Made by a program: the position numbers and the translations under genes
DNA from: Nitrospirota bacterium
GTDB lineage: Bacteria > Nitrospirota > Nitrospiria > Nitrospirales > Nitrospiraceae
DNA length: 64,000 nucleotides
Direction: 5' to 3'
Assembly: GCA_963701855.1 (NCBI GenBank)
Contig: CAVPBK010000006.1
Span: 512,001-576,000 of the forward strand
Shown: piece by piece, positions 60,065 through 64,000 of the stretch
Numbering within the stretch: position 1 is the first letter of the stretch
Layout of the letters: each line of letters starts with the position of its first letter
Notes under the pieces: model-generated
Told to the model about the DNA's origin: nothing
Database searches by the model: none
The model's input: the letters and a program-made list of their open reading frames with translations, nothing else

Positions 60065-61120
60065 ATGCATTCACTCGTAACAGCCAAGGCCATCTGCGTG
60101 ACTGTCTTCATGGTGGGAGTCGCCTTCACATCCGGCGGTATCACAGCCACCAGGGCGTCCGCGGCATCAACGCTCTATTGGTGTCCCGATCAAAGAACCG
60201 ATCGGCAATATTCAGCAAAACAAGAGCCAGGATGCGTGCCGGTTGTGGAGAAAAAGGAAACCCCGTCAACAGAGCAAGAAGGGGAAACACCTACCGGCGA
60301 GAAACCACCACGCGACTTCAAGATCGAGAATCTGCAAGGCGACGTATCGATATTCCTGAACAAGTATCGCGATTTTCTCGATTGCTGCAAGACCGATCTC
60401 TCGGAACTTCAACGGATCCAAGAAATGGGAGACGAAGTTGGAGATTTACTCAAGTCCACTCAGACTAATATGTCGAATCATTCGATGGCTTCACGTGGCA
60501 TCATGTTGCGCGAAATGATCCCGACTGTCTCCAAAGCCCGTGCTGACCTTAAAAAACTGCGCGCGACGCTCGAACGAATCAGCACCTCGTCCAACACTCG
60601 CAATGCAGGAGACTTTGAAGCTTCAGGCCGGGAAGCTAGCGCGATTCGGGAAATGGAAGAATCGATTGAGAGAGACATCCGTGCGCCAAAGCTGTCGACA
60701 GGGCCAAAGACGGGCGCCAGTATCGGCACCGCACCAGCAGCTGGGCCAAGTATCGGAAAAACTCCGAAGACCGGCAACACGATCGGTGGAGAAGGCGTCA
60801 GCGGCAAAGACATCGGGGCGTCATCGAAAAATAGCCACGACATCGGCGGCTCAGGGCCAGCAGGGTTTGGAATCGGCACCACAGGCCGTGCGGGCCCTTC
60901 AATCGGCGAGTCCACCTTCAACAGCGAATCGTCTTCGGCCGTCGGTTCATCGCTGCAACGTTCCACCGTGGGGTCTAGCCTGTCGGATTCGACGGTAGGA
61001 TCGAGCTTTGGCGGCTCCAGTGTGGGATCGAGTCTTGGAGACTCGAATGTTGGTTCGTCGTTCGGTTCGCCTGGTGTCAGTTCAACCAACCAAGAACGGA
61101 GCACCAGCCCGCAGCAGTAA
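60065..61120 (+). CDS. Secreted hypothetical protein with periodic Gly/Ser C-terminal repeats
   Basis: ATG at 60065 downstream of TTGACA (60030). Signal peptide ending ASA, LYWCP...PGC, a helical middle region and a repeat tail. Confidence 0.75.
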   Translation: MHSLVTAKAICVTVFMVGVAFTSGGITATRASAASTLYWCPDQRTDRQYSAKQEPGCVPVVEKKETPSTEQEGETPTGEKPPRDFKIENLQGDVSIFLNKYRDFLDCCKTDLSELQRIQEMGDEVGDLLKSTQTNMSNHSMASRGIMLREMIPTVSKARADLKKLRATLERISTSSNTRNAGDFEASGREASAIREMEESIERDIRAPKLSTGPKTGASIGTAPAAGPSIGKTPKTGNTIGGEGVSGKDIGASSKNSHDIGGSGPAGFGIGTTGRAGPSIGESTFNSESSSAVGSSLQRSTVGSSLSDSTVGSSFGGSSVGSSLGDSNVGSSFGSPGVSSTNQERSTSPQQ

Positions 61121-61126
61121 TCTCCC

Positions 61127-62146
61127 TTATTGGCTCGAAAGTGCGGTCGGCACCGATTCCCAGACCTCTCCACGATTTTTACTCCTATACAAGCCGCTCC
61201 CGTTCGTGCCTGCATAAAACACAGCCGGATCGGTCGGACTCTGCACGAGTGATCGGATATTGAGTGTCGCAAGACCCGTATTCAACGTGCCCCACGTCGT
61301 CCCACCATCTTCGCTCCGATGGACACCTTCCCGACCGCCCAGATATATGACGCCCTTCTTCGTGCGATCCAAGATCATCGAAAACAACATCTGATCTTGT
61401 AGCAACTGCCCGATCCGCACCCACACCTTCCCGCCATCCGTCGTCTTATAGAGTCCTTCCAGCGTAGAGGCATACACCGTATCCGGCTCAAACGGATCGA
61501 CCAACACCAACGTCACATTGAGCGCCCGCGACGACTTAATGATATCCGGCGACACAAGGCCGTTGTTCACCTTCTCCCAATGACCGGCCTCGTCGATCGT
61601 TTTGTACACTCCGCCGCTCGTGCCCGCGTATAAGATCGCCGGTCTTGTCGGATCCATGCCCAACGTGACCACCATCAGCACTTCCTTCATCCCTTCCATT
61701 TTCTTCACCCAATGCTCACCGCCGTCTTTCGTCTCAGACACACCCATCGTCGTGGCGATAAAGATGTGATTGCTGTCCGCCGGATCGAAGAGGAATTGAT
61801 TGACCACCGACGAAATCGTCGCATCGTCTAACCCCGAACGCATTGAAGCCCAGCGCTGCCCGCCATCATGACTCTTATAGACCGCATCACCCTTCGTACC
61901 CGCATACACCGTGGCCGGGTAGGCCGGATCAAGCGCCATCGAAATCACACGCGAATGGCTCATCCCATGTGACAGATTCGTCCAGGTTTGGCCCCCATCG
62001 CGCGTCTTATAGATGTAGTCGTTCGTCGCGACGTAGATGATGTCAGGATTCTTCGGATTGAGCTGAATGACGACGATGGGATCGCCGCGATTGCAGCCTG
62101 AGAGGGATATTGCCAGCAGAAGAGCGAGAATAAGAATTCTAGCCAT
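61127..62146 (-). CDS. BNR/Asp-box (YCF48/VPS10-like) beta-propeller lipoprotein
   Basis: Lipobox LSGC and repeated K(T/S)xDGGxxW Asp-boxes. Confidence 0.88.
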   Translation of the reverse strand: MARILILALLLAISLSGCNRGDPIVVIQLNPKNPDIIYVATNDYIYKTRDGGQTWTNLSHGMSHSRVISMALDPAYPATVYAGTKGDAVYKSHDGGQRWASMRSGLDDATISSVVNQFLFDPADSNHIFIATTMGVSETKDGGEHWVKKMEGMKEVLMVVTLGMDPTRPAILYAGTSGGVYKTIDEAGHWEKVNNGLVSPDIIKSSRALNVTLVLVDPFEPDTVYASTLEGLYKTTDGGKVWVRIGQLLQDQMLFSMILDRTKKGVIYLGGREGVHRSEDGGTTWGTLNTGLATLNIRSLVQSPTDPAVFYAGTNGSGLYRSKNRGEVWESVPTALSSQ

Positions 62147-62165
62147 GCACAAGACAAGGCCTTAC

Positions 62166-62287
62166 GGGATAGTCAAAAATGTCGTCCAGCGAGGCCGCAG
62201 CGAGTGAAGGCCCGAGGCGTACCCTTGCGGTACGTTGAGGGCCTGAACGATGCGAGAACAAAGCTGGCGGCATTTTTCACCATCCCG
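62166..62287. repeat. Family A element, copy 8
   Basis: CGGGATAGTCAAAAA...GAGGCCGCAGCGAG..GAGGCGTACCCTTGCGGTACGTTGAG..GCGAGAAC..GCTGGCGGCATTTTTCACCATCCCG, followed by TTAG. Confidence 0.8.
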
Positions 62288-62294
62288 TTAGCAG

Positions 62295-62792
62295 TTACCG
62301 GTAGTTGGTGAATTGCAGATCAATCCCAAAATCCTTGCTCTTGAGAAACGCCATAGCCGCTTGAAGGTCGTCCTTGCTCTTGCTCAGCACGCGCACTTGC
62401 TCACCTTGAATCTGCGCTTGCACTTTCAATTTTGACTCCTTGATAGCCTTCGTCACCTCTTTCGCCTTGTCCGTCGCGATACCGCTTTGAATCTTCGCCA
62501 CCTGTCGCACCGTCCCACTCAGCGCAGGCTCCACGGTCCCATAGGTGAAGGCCTTCAGCGAGACCCCGCGCTTCACACACTTGGTCTTGATAATATCGTT
62601 TACGGCATTAAGCTTGTACTCATCGTCGGACACCAGGGACAATTCCTTTTCTTTCTCCTTCAACGTAATCTCCGTCTTTGAGTCTTTGAAGTCGAAGCGC
62701 TGCTTGATTTCCTTCGTCGCCTGATCGACGACATTCCTCATCTCTTGCATATCCACTTCCGAGACCACATCGAATGAAAACTGCTCAGCCAC
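62295..62792 (-). CDS. yajQ: YajQ family nucleotide/c-di-GMP-binding protein
   Basis: SFDVVSEVD, RFDFK, KVQAQIQGEQVRV..K.KDDLQ and LQFTNYR motifs. Confidence 0.95.
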   Translation of the reverse strand: MAEQFSFDVVSEVDMQEMRNVVDQATKEIKQRFDFKDSKTEITLKEKEKELSLVSDDEYKLNAVNDIIKTKCVKRGVSLKAFTYGTVEPALSGTVRQVAKIQSGIATDKAKEVTKAIKESKLKVQAQIQGEQVRVLSKSKDDLQAAMAFLKSKDFGIDLQFTNYR

Positions 62793-62842
62793 GATCCCCT
62801 CCTCTTCTCACGTTATCCATTTCCTTTTCTACACTTCTCCAA

Positions 62843-62946
62843 AGGGAGTGGCCGCGGCTGCCCTTTACTGCGCGCATAGGACGAGCACGGTTTCATCGTG
62901 CGCGTTCTGCGAGCAAGAAAGGCACCTGGCCGCTCCCGCCATCCCT
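62843..62946. repeat. Family B structured element, copy c
   Basis: Core CTGCGCGCATAGGACGAGCAC-N9-GTGCGCGTTCTGCGAGCAAG closed by GGGAGTGGCC/GGCCGCTCCC. Ends at the cstA stop. Confidence 0.75.
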
Positions 62947-64000
62947 CAACAGCAACCCCCTCCGGGCAGCTGCAATCGCTTCTCCTCATCATGACGAATC
63001 GTCGTCCGCAATCTTCCCGGAGAACCTCCACCGGCCATCACCACCACTTCGCTGCTAGTGAACGGCCGCTTCAAGATCACATAGCCATACCACTGCCTGA
63101 TACTATCGCCCAAGACGATCACCGCGAGCAAGGCCACCACCGCCACCAGCCCCGCATCCAGATACAAGGCAAAAGCCTGCCCGCCATCGGCGAGGGACGA
63201 AGCCTTGGCCACAAACATGCCGAACATCTCATAGGACCCCATCAAAGTAATCGTGCCGATAAACAACATCGGCAACGCGGTGATCCATAGATATTGCGCC
63301 TTCCGCATCTTAATGAGCACCGTCGTTCCGATACAGAGTGCCAAGGTGCCGAGCAGCTGATTTGCCGCGCCGAACATCGGCCAGAGGGTCGAGATGCTGC
63401 CGGTGCCGATGAGATAGCCCCAAGCCCCCACGATCAGCCCACTGCTCACTGCCACGCCAGGCCACCAATTGATGCGCCGCAACGGAGGGTAGAAGCGCCC
63501 GCCCATCTCCTGGATGAGATAGCGACCCACGCGCGTACCTGTATCGATCGTCGTCAAAATAAACAACGCCTCGAACACCAGCGCAAATTGATACCAGTAG
63601 GCCATCAACCCAGCCATCCCAGGGAGCGCAGAAAAAATGGACGCCATGCCAACCGCAAGCGACACGGCCCCACCAGGCCGACCCGCTACATCCGTCTCGA
63701 CGAGTTGCGAGAGTTCTTGAATCCGTGAGACAGGAAAGCCCATCGCAGCCAACGCATCGGGCGAGAGCATCGTATTGATCGCCAGATAGTCGCCGGGGAT
63801 CAACACCGAAGCCGCGATCAACGCCATCACACCGACAAAACTTTCCAGCAACATCGCCCCATAGCCGACCGTAGCCTGGGACTCCTGCTCGATCATCTTC
63901 GGCGTGGTCCCGGAAGAGACCAGAGAGTGAAAGCCAGACACAGCCCCGCAGGCAATCGTGATAAAGAGAAAGGGAAAGAGCGTGCCGGGAATAATCGGCC
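62946..64000 (-). CDS. cstA: Carbon starvation protein A family transporter (5' part outside the window)
   Basis: IACGAVSGFHSLVSSGTTPKM, GYGAMLLES, FEALFILTTIDTGTRVGR and LWPMFGAANQLL motifs. Confidence 0.93.
   Translation of the reverse strand, partial: PIIPGTLFPFLFITIACGAVSGFHSLVSSGTTPKMIEQESQATVGYGAMLLESFVGVMALIAASVLIPGDYLAINTMLSPDALAAMGFPVSRIQELSQLVETDVAGRPGGAVSLAVGMASIFSALPGMAGLMAYWYQFALVFEALFILTTIDTGTRVGRYLIQEMGGRFYPPLRRINWWPGVAVSSGLIVGAWGYLIGTGSISTLWPMFGAANQLLGTLALCIGTTVLIKMRKAQYLWITALPMLFIGTITLMGSYEMFGMFVAKASSLADGGQAFALYLDAGLVAVVALLAVIVLGDSIRQWYGYVILKRPFTSSEVVVMAGGGSPGRLRTTIRHDEEKRLQLPGGGCC

Noticed and set aside
1318..62946. CRISPR array interpretation of the repeats
   Set aside because: The repeats are dispersed and long, not regularly interspaced with spacers, and no cas genes are present.

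Overview
This is a core-chromosome segment of a Nitrospira-like bacterium, inferred from the five-subunit 2-oxoacid:ferredoxin oxidoreductase of the reductive TCA cycle and from gene order. Housekeeping content includes the five-subunit oxidoreductase operon, folD-metF-panB, queF-apaH, the rpmF-plsX-fabH-fabD-fabG-acpP-fabF-rnc cluster, ispE-prs-rplY-pth-ychF-rpsF-ssb-rpsR, pilC-pilS-pilR, the dcw cell-division cluster (rsmH to ftsZ, pgeF, proC, yggT, divIVA), yajQ and a partial cstA. I saw no rRNA, tRNA, CRISPR array, integrase or transposase. The most notable signals are non-coding or accessory. (1) A small AT-richer island (~1445-3180) holds decayed cassette-like genes and a well-formed integron attC-like site, with no integrase in the window. 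(2) A 198-nt rod-like self-complementary element (3187-3384) sits at the island edge. (3) Two families of dispersed palindromic elements sit at or within a few nt of stop codons, and their stems covary between copies. (4) The dcw cluster lacks mraZ but keeps GTGGG MraZ-type boxes. (5) There is a stand-alone minimal MetV-like protein. (6) A secreted protein has strictly periodic 10-aa and 9-aa Gly/Ser repeats. All assignments come from reading motifs by eye; no database searches or folding computations were run.
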